Source of the DNA: Bacteroidota bacterium
GTDB lineage: Bacteria > Bacteroidota > Bacteroidia > Chitinophagales > Chitinophagaceae
Length of the DNA stretch: 64,000 nt
Assembly: GCA_018268135.1 (NCBI GenBank)
Contig: JAFDXD010000121.1
Location: 14,953 to 78,952 of the forward strand
Direction: 5' to 3'
In this document: positions 30,906-40,548 of the stretch, piece after piece
How positions within the stretch are numbered: the stretch's first letter is position 1
How the letters are laid out: every line of letters begins with the position of its first letter
Program-made: the position numbers and the translations under genes
Notes under the pieces: model-generated
Databases searched by the model: none
Told to the model about the DNA's origin: nothing
The model's input: the letters and a program-made list of their open reading frames with translations, nothing else

Positions 30906-32003
30906 ATGAAGGAGTTTTTTGTAATAGCCATTGCGGTAATGATTTTCGTAGTCATTTTCCAGATCTCCAAAGCAAGTGAGTATGTAAGTGTATTAAAAGG
31001 AGAAGAAACTACCCGTAAGCAAAACAATAAAATCAATGGATTTTTAATGATTAGTTTCCTCATTTTGGGGCTAATTGGCGTATGGATTTGTAATGAATGG
31101 TACTATCCTAAAACGCTTACTCCTCAGGGCGCCGCATCTTTAGAAGGCGAAAAAATTGACCTGATGCTCAATATCACCATCGGTATCACCGGCGTGGTAT
31201 TTATTATTACTCAAGTGTTATTATTTTGGTTTTCTTACAAATACCAGGAAAAAGATGGCAGAAAAGCATTTTATTTTCCACATAATAATAAGCTGGAACT
31301 TCTTTGGACAACCATACCAGCTCTTGCATTAACAGTATTGGTGGTATTTGGTTTGAAATATTGGTTTAAAATGACAAGCGAACCACCTTTAACAACAATA
31401 GTAAATGGTGTAGAAAAGAAAACCACGTTGGTAGAAATTACCGGCCACCAGTTTGGTTGGGAAATGCGATATCCCGGCAAAGACGGAGTATTGGGTAAAA
31501 AGAATTTCAAACTTTATAATACTCCATCAGGCAATACCCTCGGAGTAGATTTTAACGACCCTGCCAGCCTTGATGACATTCATGTATCTTCAGATATGCA
31601 CATACCGGTGGGGATACCTGTAAAATTGGTAATAAATTCAATGGATGTGATACATGATGTAGGCCTGGTACACTTCAGAATGAAAATGGATGCTGTGCCC
31701 GGCATACCTACTACACTTTGGTTTACACCAAAATACACAACAGAAGAAATGAAGAAAAGAACCGGTAACCCCGATTTTGTGTATGAAATTAGTTGCGACC
31801 AAATGTGTGGAAAAGGGCACTTTTCAATGAGAGGTACCATTGTAGTAGAAAGCGAAGCAGACTATAATAAATGGCTTGCTTCACAAAAACCTGAATACTA
31901 CACCCTGTTTCCAGACAAAGACCCTTCTAAAATGAATCAGGCAAAAGACTCTGCCAGTGCAAACAAACAATTAGCACAAGTTAGCATTGCAGAAAAAAAA
32001 TAA
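30906..32003 (+). CDS. coxB: Cytochrome c oxidase subunit II (CuA; no fused cytochrome c domain)
   Basis: CuA motif HDVGL...CDQMCGKGHFSM. Two N-terminal TM helices. No CXXCH. Confidence 0.85.
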   Translation: MKEFFVIAIAVMIFVVIFQISKASEYVSVLKGEETTRKQNNKINGFLMISFLILGLIGVWICNEWYYPKTLTPQGAASLEGEKIDLMLNITIGITGVVFIITQVLLFWFSYKYQEKDGRKAFYFPHNNKLELLWTTIPALALTVLVVFGLKYWFKMTSEPPLTTIVNGVEKKTTLVEITGHQFGWEMRYPGKDGVLGKKNFKLYNTPSGNTLGVDFNDPASLDDIHVSSDMHIPVGIPVKLVINSMDVIHDVGLVHFRMKMDAVPGIPTTLWFTPKYTTEEMKKRTGNPDFVYEISCDQMCGKGHFSMRGTIVVESEADYNKWLASQKPEYYTLFPDKDPSKMNQAKDSASANKQLAQVSIAEKK

Positions 32004-32039
32004 TATTAAAGAAATTAGGACAAGAAAAAAATTACGATT

Positions 32040-33839
32040 ATGAGCAGCGCAGTTTCACTACAGCAAGCCAGCCACACCGGACACGATGTAGATCATGGGC
32101 ATGAGCACCATCAAAGTTTTATTAGCAAATACATCTTTAGCCAGGATCATAAAACTATTGCAAAACAGTTTTTGATTACCGGAATTATATGGGCTATAAT
32201 TGGCGGATTGTTTTCGGTATTATTTCGTTTGCAATTAGGTTTTCCGGATACTACCTTTCCCTTTTTAGAAGATTTACTGGGCCATTGGGCCAAAGGGGGC
32301 AAAATTTCACCTGAGTTTTATTATGCATTAGTAACTATGCATGGTACCATTCTGGTATTTTTTGTATTAACAGCAGGGCTAAGCGGAACTTTTGCCAACT
32401 TTTTAATTCCATTGCAAATTGGTGCAAGGGATATGGCATCTCCATTATTAAATATGCTGAGCTATTGGTTCTTCTTTCTTGCATCTGTAATAATGATGTC
32501 TTCATTATTTACACAAACCGGCCCTGCAAGTGGCGGATGGACTATTTACCCACCACTAAGCGCCCTGGGTGATGCATCGATGGGTAGTAAAATTGGTATG
32601 GACCTTTGGCTGATGGCTATGGCAATGTTTATCATCTCCTCATTGTTAGGCGGCCTAAATTATATTACTACCATACTAAACATGCGCACAAAAGGCATGA
32701 GTATGACAAGGTTGCCCCTTACCATTTGGGCATTATTCTTTACAGCAGTATTAGGGGTATTATCATTCCCTGTACTTTTCTCTGGTGTAATATTATTATT
32801 GTTCGACAGACACCTCGGTACCAGCTTCTTTTTGAGCGATATAGTAGTAGCTGGTAAAATTTTGCCAAACGAAGGTGGTAGCGCTATTCTGTTTCAACAC
32901 TTATTTTGGTTTCTTGGCCATCCTGAAGTGTATATTATCATTTTGCCTACCATGGGAATAGCTTCAGAAGTAATGTCAATTAATGCCCGTAAACCAATAT
33001 TTGGTTATATGGCTATGGTGGCTTCCTTATTTGCTATTTGTATTTTGGCATTTTTAGTATGGGCACACCACATGTTTGTTACCGGTATGAACCCGTTTGT
33101 AGGTTCAGTATTTGTATTGCTTACTTTATTAATTGCAGTACCGTCGGCCATTAAAGTGTTCAACTGGCTTACCACCCTGTGGAGAGGCAATATTCGCTTT
33201 ACACCGGGAATGTTGTTTTCAATTGGTTTTGTAAGCATGTTTATCTCTGGTGGTTTAACAGGTATCTTCCTCGGAAACTCTGCTTTAGATATTCATTTGC
33301 ATGATACCTATTTTAATATTGCACATTTCCATATAGTGATGGGCGTGGCCGGTATGTTTGGAATGTTTGCCGGCATTTATCACTGGTTTCCAAAAATGTT
33401 TGGCCGCTACCTCAATAATACCCTGGCTTACATACACTTTTGGGTTACCATGGTGGGCGCTTATTTTATTTTTTGGCCCATGTATTACGAAGGATTAGCG
33501 GGTATGCCTCGCCGTTATTACGATTATGCTAACTGGGAATCATTTAAAATGTTTGGCGGCCTTAATGAATTTATTAGTGTTGTAGCTATTATAGTTTTTG
33601 CTACTCAGTTATTATTTGTTGTTAACTTTTTTTACAGCATTTGGAAAGGTAGAAAAGTTACAACTCTTAACCCTTGGAATGCAAATACCCTGGAGTGGAC
33701 AACACCAATTAAACCGGGCCATGGCAACTGGGTTGGAGAAATTCCGGAAGTACACCGCTGGCCTTATGATTATTCAAAAGACGGGCAGGATTTTATACCA
33801 CAGGATGTACCCGTGGGAGAAAATGAAACCCGCCATTAA
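32040..33839 (+). CDS. ctaD: Cytochrome c oxidase subunit I
   Basis: 599 aa. WFLGHPEVYI, WAHHMF and HFHIVM haem-copper oxidase motifs. Confidence 0.9.
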   Translation: MSSAVSLQQASHTGHDVDHGHEHHQSFISKYIFSQDHKTIAKQFLITGIIWAIIGGLFSVLFRLQLGFPDTTFPFLEDLLGHWAKGGKISPEFYYALVTMHGTILVFFVLTAGLSGTFANFLIPLQIGARDMASPLLNMLSYWFFFLASVIMMSSLFTQTGPASGGWTIYPPLSALGDASMGSKIGMDLWLMAMAMFIISSLLGGLNYITTILNMRTKGMSMTRLPLTIWALFFTAVLGVLSFPVLFSGVILLLFDRHLGTSFFLSDIVVAGKILPNEGGSAILFQHLFWFLGHPEVYIIILPTMGIASEVMSINARKPIFGYMAMVASLFAICILAFLVWAHHMFVTGMNPFVGSVFVLLTLLIAVPSAIKVFNWLTTLWRGNIRFTPGMLFSIGFVSMFISGGLTGIFLGNSALDIHLHDTYFNIAHFHIVMGVAGMFGMFAGIYHWFPKMFGRYLNNTLAYIHFWVTMVGAYFIFWPMYYEGLAGMPRRYYDYANWESFKMFGGLNEFISVVAIIVFATQLLFVVNFFYSIWKGRKVTTLNPWNANTLEWTTPIKPGHGNWVGEIPEVHRWPYDYSKDGQDFIPQDVPVGENETRH

Positions 33840-33927
33840 TATTGATAATTGATAATTTTTAGTGTCAATTGTTATGTGGGTTTGTTGCAAAACTGTGTAT
33901 AGGGAGTTTTAACTATTGACTAATAAA

Positions 33928-34839
33928 ATGCAAGAAAAGAAAACCATATCCAATTCAACTTCGTTTGCATTGGCCAGTAAAGTGAAGGATTATTTTTTAT
34001 TAATAAAGTTCACGCTGAGTTTTATGGTGGTGTTCAGTTCGGTAATTAGTTACCTGCTGGTACCCAATGTGCAGTTTGATTTAATACGAGTTCTTTTACT
34101 TTTTGTAGGTGGAATGCTGGTAACCGGTTCTGCAAATGCAATAAACCAGGTACTTGAAAAAGATACCGATGCCTTGATGAAAAGAACTGCTAAAAGGCCA
34201 ATTGCCAGTGGCAGAATGAGTATGGCGGAAGGTTGGACATTTGCAGCCATATCTGCCATTGCAGGTTGTAGTATCATGTACAGCTTTAGCATGGAGGCAG
34301 CATTGCTTAGTTTATTGAGTTTAATTTTATATGGTTTTGTATATACTCCATTAAAAAAAGTAAACTCAATTGCAGTATTGGTAGGCGCTTTTCCGGGTGC
34401 TTTGCCCTGCCTGATAGGCTGGACGGCAGGTTTTGAACCGGGGCTGCATCACAACTGGACGGGCGGCTGGATACTATTTGCAATACAGTTTCTATGGCAG
34501 TTCCCACATTTTTGGGCTATTGCCTGGGTGGCGCACAAGGATTATAGTACGGCAGGATTTAAATTATTGCCAAGCGATAAAGGCCCTACAAAGTTTACAG
34601 CATTGCAGGCAATAATATACAGTGCAATGATGATACCCGTTGGGCTTTTGCCTTATACGTATCATATAAGTGGCATTACCAGTATGTGGATATTGCTTGC
34701 CTGTAATTTGTTTATGGTATTTGTAAGTGTAATGCTTTTTATTAAAATGGATATAGCCTCAGCAAGAAAGGTAATGTTCAGTTCTTATTTTTATTTGATG
34801 ATTGTATTTTTAAGTTTATATGCCGATAAATTACAGTGA
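33928..34839 (+). CDS. cyoE: Protohaem IX farnesyltransferase (haem O synthase)
   Basis: UbiA-family polytopic protein with NQVLEKDTDALMKRTAKRP. ATG at 33928 preferred over the TTG at 33916. Confidence 0.85.
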   Translation: MQEKKTISNSTSFALASKVKDYFLLIKFTLSFMVVFSSVISYLLVPNVQFDLIRVLLLFVGGMLVTGSANAINQVLEKDTDALMKRTAKRPIASGRMSMAEGWTFAAISAIAGCSIMYSFSMEAALLSLLSLILYGFVYTPLKKVNSIAVLVGAFPGALPCLIGWTAGFEPGLHHNWTGGWILFAIQFLWQFPHFWAIAWVAHKDYSTAGFKLLPSDKGPTKFTALQAIIYSAMMIPVGLLPYTYHISGITSMWILLACNLFMVFVSVMLFIKMDIASARKVMFSSYFYLMIVFLSLYADKLQ

Positions 34840-34898
34840 CAAGTAAAAATTAAATTTTTTAGAATAATTATTAAATACATAAAAGCCAATATTTAAGA

Positions 34899-35468
34899 AT
34901 GAATACGGTGATGATGGAAAACAGAAAAAATAGAATACACCCACATAAATTTACATTGTGGGTTGGTATTGGCAGCATCCTAATGATGTTTGCAGGGCTT
35001 ACAAGTGCTTTTATTGTAAAAAGAAATCAGGCAAATTGGTTAAGCTTTGATATTCCTGTGGCATTTTGGTACAGCACAGTAGTTATCATAGCAAGCAGTT
35101 TTACATTGTTGTCTGCTCTTAAAGCTTTTAAAGAGCGGCAAATGAAAAAATATAAAGGGCTACTATTGGTAACTTTAATATTAGGAGTATTATTTGTAAC
35201 TATACAAACCCTGGGTTTTTTGAAATTGTGGCAGCAGGGTATTACCCTTCAGGCAAATGTTGCCTATTCTTTTTTATATGTAATAGTAGGCATACATGCA
35301 GTACATGTGGTGGGCGGCATAGTAGCACTGGTTATCATGCTGGCAAAATCATTTAGTACTAAAATCAGGACTTACAACCTGGTACCGGTAGAGTTGTTAA
35401 ATACATACTGGCACTTTGTAGACATACTTTGGTTATATTTATTATTATTTTTAATAATGATTAAATAG
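34899..35468 (+). CDS. Haem-copper oxidase subunit III family protein (first of two)
   Basis: 189 aa, about 5 TM segments, YWHFVDILW motif. Confidence 0.75.
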   Translation: MNTVMMENRKNRIHPHKFTLWVGIGSILMMFAGLTSAFIVKRNQANWLSFDIPVAFWYSTVVIIASSFTLLSALKAFKERQMKKYKGLLLVTLILGVLFVTIQTLGFLKLWQQGITLQANVAYSFLYVIVGIHAVHVVGGIVALVIMLAKSFSTKIRTYNLVPVELLNTYWHFVDILWLYLLLFLIMIK

Positions 35469-35523
35469 CGAGAAGTAAAGTAATAAAGACGTTTAATTTT
35501 TTAGATATTAGAATTTAACTTTT

Positions 35524-36279
35524 ATGTCAACAACAGCAATTCCGACAGGAACAAAATGGTGGAACGGTGGCCGAAGCCCGTTTAATGCCAGCTATGGTAA
35601 AGTGATGATGTGGTACTTTTTAATGAGTGACGCATTTACTTTTGGTGCATTTCTTATTAGCTATGGTACACTCCGCTTTAGTGAAAATTATTGGGTAGAT
35701 CCCAATCATGTATTTAGTGCATTTCCATTTGCAGAAGGAATGAACTTACCCTTATCATTTGTGAGCTTGATGACGTTTATTTTGATCTTCAGCTCGGTAA
35801 CAATGGTATTGGCTGTACATGAAGGGCATAAAATGAACAGGAAGGCAGTAGAAAAATACATCTTTTGGACCATCATAGGTGGTTTGGCTTTCTTAAGCTG
35901 CCAGGCTTGGGAATGGACTCACTTACTAACCCATCAGCATGAAGTATGGATAAATGGTATTAATGGAGCTGCAGGCCATGTAGAACTTTGGAATACTACC
36001 GTATCACATAATCCATTTGGGCCCGAAGTTACCATTAACGGGCATCAATATGCAACTCCCGGCCCAGTAGCTTTTGGTAGCTATTTCTTTGAAATTACAG
36101 GCTTTCACGGTTTTCACGTATTTAGCGGAGTAATTATTAATTTAATCATGTACATCAAAACAAAAATGGGCCATTTTGACCAGCGTGGACATTACGAAAT
36201 GGTTGAAAAAGCAGGGCTATACTGGCACTTTGTAGATTTGGTGTGGGTATTTGTATTCCTTTGTTTTTATCTAATCTAA
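35524..36279 (+). CDS. Cytochrome c oxidase subunit III (second paralogue)
   Basis: 251 aa, LYWHFVDLVWVFVF motif. Confidence 0.75.
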   Translation: MSTTAIPTGTKWWNGGRSPFNASYGKVMMWYFLMSDAFTFGAFLISYGTLRFSENYWVDPNHVFSAFPFAEGMNLPLSFVSLMTFILIFSSVTMVLAVHEGHKMNRKAVEKYIFWTIIGGLAFLSCQAWEWTHLLTHQHEVWINGINGAAGHVELWNTTVSHNPFGPEVTINGHQYATPGPVAFGSYFFEITGFHGFHVFSGVIINLIMYIKTKMGHFDQRGHYEMVEKAGLYWHFVDLVWVFVFLCFYLI

Positions 36280-36320
36280 TTTTTTAAAACAGACTTTAAT
36301 AATTTTTAAGAAAATAATTT

Positions 36321-36752
36321 ATGAGCCAACATACAATATCTCCCGAAATTACTTTTGCTCCCGACCATTTAGGTGGAACAAAACGAATTTGGAAAACATT
36401 TTACCTGTTGTCAATCTTAACCATTTTTGAACTGGCCATTGGTCTTACAATTTATAATATTCATAAGGGGGCGCATCCCAATGCCAGCCTGGTACTTGCG
36501 TTTAAAGGCCTTGTTTGTATTTTAACCCTTGCAAAAGCATTTTATATTGTATCAGTATTTATGCACCTGGGCGATGAAATAAGAAATATGATTATGACAA
36601 TAGTAGTGCCTCTTGCATTGTTTATTTGGTTTGTCATTGCATTTTTATCCGACGGTAATAGTTGGAAAAACCTGCGCAATACAGATGCAGGTAGCAAGCC
36701 TGACACGCATTTGGTAGCTCCTGCTGCTAAAGAACCGGGTCAAAAAGATTAA
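36321..36752 (+). CDS. Prokaryotic cytochrome c oxidase subunit IV family protein
   Basis: 143 aa, 3 TM segments, position directly after the subunit III genes. Confidence 0.6.
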   Translation: MSQHTISPEITFAPDHLGGTKRIWKTFYLLSILTIFELAIGLTIYNIHKGAHPNASLVLAFKGLVCILTLAKAFYIVSVFMHLGDEIRNMIMTIVVPLALFIWFVIAFLSDGNSWKNLRNTDAGSKPDTHLVAPAAKEPGQKD

Positions 36753-36780
36753 TAATATTATTAATATAGATTTTTTAAAA

Positions 36781-36813
36781 AGCCATCGAGTTAATATTTC
36801 GATGGCTTTTTTG
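36781..36813 (+). terminator. Rho-independent terminator ending the act-cox transcription unit
   Basis: Perfect 9-bp stem agccatcga/tcgatggct (36781-36789 with 36799-36807) followed by tttttt. Confidence 0.8.
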
Positions 36814-36873
36814 TAATATTTTTTTAATTAGCTTTTGTATTTGTACGAACTTGCGCATTAAATATTTATACTG

Positions 36874-37644
36874 TTGAACAAACGATCATTATTTGCTTTA
36901 TTACTCGCAATTTTATTACCATTGGCCGGGTATATTTTGGTGAAACAATATAGCAAAACGGCCATTTACATGCCACAGCGCTATTTTTATGATAGCATCA
37001 TTTCTAAGCCCGGCTCTCAGGTACAGGATACTATATGGCATAAAGTAAAAAACCTTTCATTTACAAACCAACTTGGCGAAAAAGTATCTTTAGACGATTT
37101 GAATGGTAAGATATTGGTAATTGATTTTTTCTTTACTCATTGCCCAAGTGTTTGCCCCGGCCTTGCCAGAAATATGAAAAGGCTGCAAGATTCTTTTAAA
37201 CAAAATGATACCATTGTACAATTCATTTCAATAAGCATTGACCCCGAGCACGATAGTGTAGCAAACCTTAGAAAATTTGCAGACAGATTTAAGGCCAATC
37301 CCGACACCTGGTGGTTTGTAACTGCTGATAAAAAAGAAACTTATGACTTTGCCTTGAACGAAATAAAGGCAAGTGTAGCAGACAGTGGTATTGATACAGC
37401 ATTTATCCATACAGAAAACTTTTTTTTGCTTGACAAAAACAGGGTGGTACGTGGATGGTACAATGGATTTGATACAGCAAAGCAGGCCGAACTTGTAAAA
37501 GCCATACCAACTTTAATGCTCGAAAGAGATAGAAACGCTCCATCAGTTTTTAGAGACTTAATTCCCATACTCCCTATTATTTTTATAGCAATAGGGCTTA
37601 TTATAGTGGTGCTGGCATTTATTAAAAGAATGAACAAGAGATGA
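36874..37644 (+). CDS. SCO1/SenC family copper chaperone (CuA assembly)
   Basis: Thioredoxin-fold CPSVCP motif in FFFTHCPSVCP. TTG start (no upstream in-frame ATG). C-terminal TM segment. Confidence 0.75.
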   Translation: MNKRSLFALLLAILLPLAGYILVKQYSKTAIYMPQRYFYDSIISKPGSQVQDTIWHKVKNLSFTNQLGEKVSLDDLNGKILVIDFFFTHCPSVCPGLARNMKRLQDSFKQNDTIVQFISISIDPEHDSVANLRKFADRFKANPDTWWFVTADKKETYDFALNEIKASVADSGIDTAFIHTENFFLLDKNRVVRGWYNGFDTAKQAELVKAIPTLMLERDRNAPSVFRDLIPILPIIFIAIGLIIVVLAFIKRMNKR

Positions 37645-38243
37645 TCAATCAAAATTTATTTCCTAAACCGGTAATAACAAAAAGTGATAGAGCAGCAAAG
37701 GCTTTCATCATTATTATTTCAATTATTGTATTTGCTGCCATTGCACTATTAAGCAGAGTGCAATTAAAAATACAGTTGCCATTTAATCCGCATGTATTTG
37801 CAGGGTTTAATGCAATGGTTAATTCTATAGTAGCGTTATTGTTGCTAGCTGCACTTTGGTCAATAAGGCAAAAAAATTACCAAAGACACAAGCGCATTAT
37901 GCTGATAGCAATCTTGCTTTCAATATTATTTTTACTTAGCTATATAGCACACCATCTGCTGGCCGGTGAAACAAAATTTGGCGACCTGGATCATAATGGC
38001 ATTGTGAGCGATGCAGAGAAGGGCCTGGTAGGAAATGTAAGAATTATATATTTTATTTTGCTGCTTACACATATTCCTTTGGCAGCTATCATTCTACCTT
38101 TTATATTGTTTACAGCATACCGGGCGCTTAGCGGCGATTATGAGAGGCATAAAAAACTGGCACGTATTACCTGGCCAATATGGTTTTATGTAGCTGTAAG
38201 CGGGGTAGTTATTTATTTGATGATACAACCTTATTACACTTAA
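37641..38243 (+). CDS. DUF420 membrane protein (associated with cytochrome oxidase clusters)
   Basis: 200 aa, 4 TM segments, ATGA overlap with the SCO stop. DUF420 genes typically follow SCO in oxidase clusters. Confidence 0.6.
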   Translation: MINQNLFPKPVITKSDRAAKAFIIIISIIVFAAIALLSRVQLKIQLPFNPHVFAGFNAMVNSIVALLLLAALWSIRQKNYQRHKRIMLIAILLSILFLLSYIAHHLLAGETKFGDLDHNGIVSDAEKGLVGNVRIIYFILLLTHIPLAAIILPFILFTAYRALSGDYERHKKLARITWPIWFYVAVSGVVIYLMIQPYYT

Positions 38244-38267
38244 TATTTCCACCTATTGAATGGATAA

Positions 38268-38990
38268 TTAAAGTACCGGTTTTACAACAATTTTATTTTT
38301 ATCGAGGTAAGTAATTTTTATTGGTACACTATCTCCAATGGCAAGATTTTCAAATTTAATATCAATAGGAATTTTGGCTTTTATAGCTTCGCCAATTACC
38401 AGTAAGTAGATGCCGTGTGGTTTTTTATCGTACACAATAGCAGGGATGGTAGCGTCGGCTTTATACAATTTTACTGCTGTATAAAATTCAGGGATATAAT
38501 TATTGTTTAACAGGGAGGCCACAATTTTTTCTTTCTTCTCAATATTCTCCAATGAAAAAACCACTTGTTCATTTAATTCATTTTCGCCCGGCGCTATTTG
38601 CCACTTAGCTATGGGGAGTTCAAAAAACAGATAACTGTCTATTTCTTTTATAAAATAGGTATCATCTACTTGTTTGATATAGCCGGTAAACCGGTTGTTT
38701 GTTTTGGCTTTATTGATTAAAACATCCAATGCATTATTGTATAAAAAATTGATATTGCTTGCAATCATTTTATCGCCCCTGGAAGAAATTTCTACTTTAA
38801 AATTTACAATATCACCAATTAAAAAATGGTGTGTTTTCTTTATAAGATTTTTTTCTTTCCAGGTGTGTTGTGCCTGGATGCTGATATTGCCATTCACAGT
38901 TTTCTTTTTACCTGCTTGCAGGTATTCAATAATGGCATACTTTTTTTCATGATTAATAAATGTAACCTTGCCTTGTAAAAGATTGTTCAT
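38268..38990 (-). CDS. Hypothetical protein with repeated OB/cold-shock-like segments
   Basis: 240 aa. GKVTFINHEKKYAIIEY and FTGYIKQVDDTYFIKEI resemble cold-shock-domain openings. The C-terminal part is S1-like. No database check was possible. Confidence 0.4.
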   Translation of the reverse strand: MNNLLQGKVTFINHEKKYAIIEYLQAGKKKTVNGNISIQAQHTWKEKNLIKKTHHFLIGDIVNFKVEISSRGDKMIASNINFLYNNALDVLINKAKTNNRFTGYIKQVDDTYFIKEIDSYLFFELPIAKWQIAPGENELNEQVVFSLENIEKKEKIVASLLNNNYIPEFYTAVKLYKADATIPAIVYDKKPHGIYLLVIGEAIKAKIPIDIKFENLAIGDSVPIKITYLDKNKIVVKPVL

Positions 38991-38996
38991 AATATT

Positions 38997-39398
38997 TTAT
39001 AGGGATAGCTCTGAAGCCGGATCCCAAAATTTTTCTTTAAAATTTACTATCGTATCCTCTTTTACCACTATGCCATCTTTGAGTAATAACTCTTCCATTA
39101 AAGTAGGGCTGCCAAAGTGATGTTTGCCACTAAGCATACCATTTCGGTTTACTACACGCTGGGCAGGCACTTTTGGTTTTGCTTTGTTGGCGGCATTCAT
39201 TGCCCAACCTACCATTCGTGCCGATAATTTAGTACCAAGATAATTTGCAATGGCGCCATAAGAAGTTACTCTCCCTTTTGGTATTTGCCTTACTACTGCA
39301 TACACATCCTCAAAAAAACTATATTCTTTTGCTCCGCTTATTTTTGAAGAAGCTTCTTTATTATTTTTTTTAACTGGTAGAATCTTTTTTGCTTTCAT
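38997..39398 (-). CDS. MGMT-family DNA-binding protein lacking the acceptor cysteine (alkyltransferase-like, ATL)
   Basis: VRQIPKGRVTSYGAIANYLG...ARMVGWAM...VPAQRVVNRNG. The canonical PCHRV site reads PAQRV here. Confidence 0.7.
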   Translation of the reverse strand: MKAKKILPVKKNNKEASSKISGAKEYSFFEDVYAVVRQIPKGRVTSYGAIANYLGTKLSARMVGWAMNAANKAKPKVPAQRVVNRNGMLSGKHHFGSPTLMEELLLKDGIVVKEDTIVNFKEKFWDPASELSL

Positions 39399-39576
39399 TC
39401 TTTGATAAAGTTAGCAATTCGCTGCGTTTTGGCTCCGGAACATTTTGATAATGGTAGGGGCAATGCTTGCAGCCATTGCCGCAACAATACCCTTTCTTTA
39501 AATGAAAAACTTCTGTCAGCACCATAAGGCCTTCATCATTGTAATAAAAATCTTTGCCTTCTATAAGCTCAGACAT
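39370..39576 (-). CDS. DUF5522-like small Cys-rich protein
   Basis: 68 aa. The GYCCGNGCKHCPY motif and size match the small conserved family found next to trmB-type genes in Bacteroidota. Overlaps the ATL start by 29 nt. Confidence 0.55.
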   Translation of the reverse strand: MSELIEGKDFYYNDEGLMVLTEVFHLKKGYCCGNGCKHCPYHYQNVPEPKRSELLTLSKNESKKDSTS

Positions 39577-39579
39577 GTG

Positions 39580-40284
39580 TTACTCCTGGTTTTCAGTTTG
39601 TTTTAAAAATTGTTGTAAGGCCTCATCCAAATCCGGTAGGGGAGTAATTGGCAGGCTGAATTTTAAATAATATATTTTATTGCTTTGGGCAATATCGAGG
39701 CCCTCGTAATGTGTACGAATTTTTAATTCGGGAGAGGGAGCTTTTGCATATACATCATCGCAGTCTGCCTCAAGTGAAAGAGAGTAAAGCTCAATCACTT
39801 TTTTGGTAAAAAGATAGAGAGCTGTAGAGTCTGTTTTTAAATGAATACATCCATTGGGTTTAAGTACTTGCTGGTAAAGCCTTAAAAATCGTGGATGGGT
39901 TAATCTTTTTTTTGCTTTAGATGTTCGTAATTGTGGGTCGGGAAAGGTGATCCAAATTTCATCTACTTCTTTTGGTGAAAAGTAAGCCGGCAGCATTTCG
40001 ATTTGAGATCTTAAAAATGCAACATTGGTTAAATGGTTATCCAGCGCTTTTTTGGCGCCAAGGTACATTCTGTTGCCTTTGATATCTACACCAATATAAT
40101 TATTGTGAGGGTGCAATTGAGAAAGCCCAATACTGTATTCGCCTCTGCCACAAGCCAATTCTAAAATAACAGGGTTTTGATTGTTAAAAAAAATATGCCA
40201 ACGCCCCTGCATATTTTGAGGGTATTCCAATACGTTGCTAAACTGCTTTATTTGGGCAAAACGAAATAATTTTTTTTGAGCCAT
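39580..40284 (-). CDS. trmB: tRNA (guanine46-N7)-methyltransferase
   Basis: LELACGRGEYSIGL SAM-binding motif, NYIGVDIKGNR and IWITFPDPQ motifs. ATG at 40284 preferred over the TTG at 40302. Confidence 0.85.
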   Translation of the reverse strand: MAQKKLFRFAQIKQFSNVLEYPQNMQGRWHIFFNNQNPVILELACGRGEYSIGLSQLHPHNNYIGVDIKGNRMYLGAKKALDNHLTNVAFLRSQIEMLPAYFSPKEVDEIWITFPDPQLRTSKAKKRLTHPRFLRLYQQVLKPNGCIHLKTDSTALYLFTKKVIELYSLSLEADCDDVYAKAPSPELKIRTHYEGLDIAQSNKIYYLKFSLPITPLPDLDEALQQFLKQTENQE

Positions 40285-40310
40285 GAGGCTGCAAAGATAC
40301 AAAGGGAGAA

Positions 40311-40340
40311 AAATAAGAAACCCACTCTTGTAAGAATGGG
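40311..40340 (-). terminator. Intrinsic terminator closing the tRNA-like RNA, 26 nt upstream of the trmB ATG
   Basis: Minus strand: CCCAUUC-UUACAA-GAGUGGG (7 bp, one G-U) followed by UUUCUUAUUUUU. Confidence 0.6.
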
Positions 40341-40346
40341 TTTTTT

Positions 40347-40543
40347 AAAGCTGCTGTAGGGGAAGGGTTCGAACCTTCACGAGGCAGTTAGCTAAAGTAC
40401 AAAGTTCGGTGGTCGACCCCGGTCGCATTGCTGCGGCTCTATACTCCGTTTATCCTGTTACCCTCACCCCCGAGACAAGGGGGCATGTCTGCCAAAAATT
40501 TCATCACCCCACAGTATAACCAATCTTTATTGGTTTGGTTTGA
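40347..40543 (-). ncRNA. Unclassified tRNA-derived/tRNA-like RNA: cloverleaf-type helices with an ~88-nt insertion at the variable-arm position
   Basis: Canonical T-arm GAAGG-UUCGAAC-CCUUC (40378-40362). 7-bp acceptor-like stem UGUGGGG/CCCUACA (40513-40507 with 40361-40355). 5-bp/7-nt anticodon-like hairpin with loop UUGUCUC (40483-40467). Junction spacing is tRNA-exact. The block is GC-richer than the flanks, followed by a terminator, with an upstream TATTTTTG box. The 5' end is uncertain. Confidence 0.45.
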
Positions 40544-40548
40544 TAACA

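Noticed and set aside
40347-40517. Possible tmRNA (ssrA): a T-arm plus acceptor-like stem enclosing a long insert
   Set aside because: It is far too short for a one-piece bacterial tmRNA. It has no G3-U70 pair, no encoded or plausible CCA context, and no reading frame ending in an ...ALAA-type tag in any frame. The 5' end does not pair as GGGG.../...CCCC-ACCA. It is kept as an unclassified tRNA-like RNA instead.
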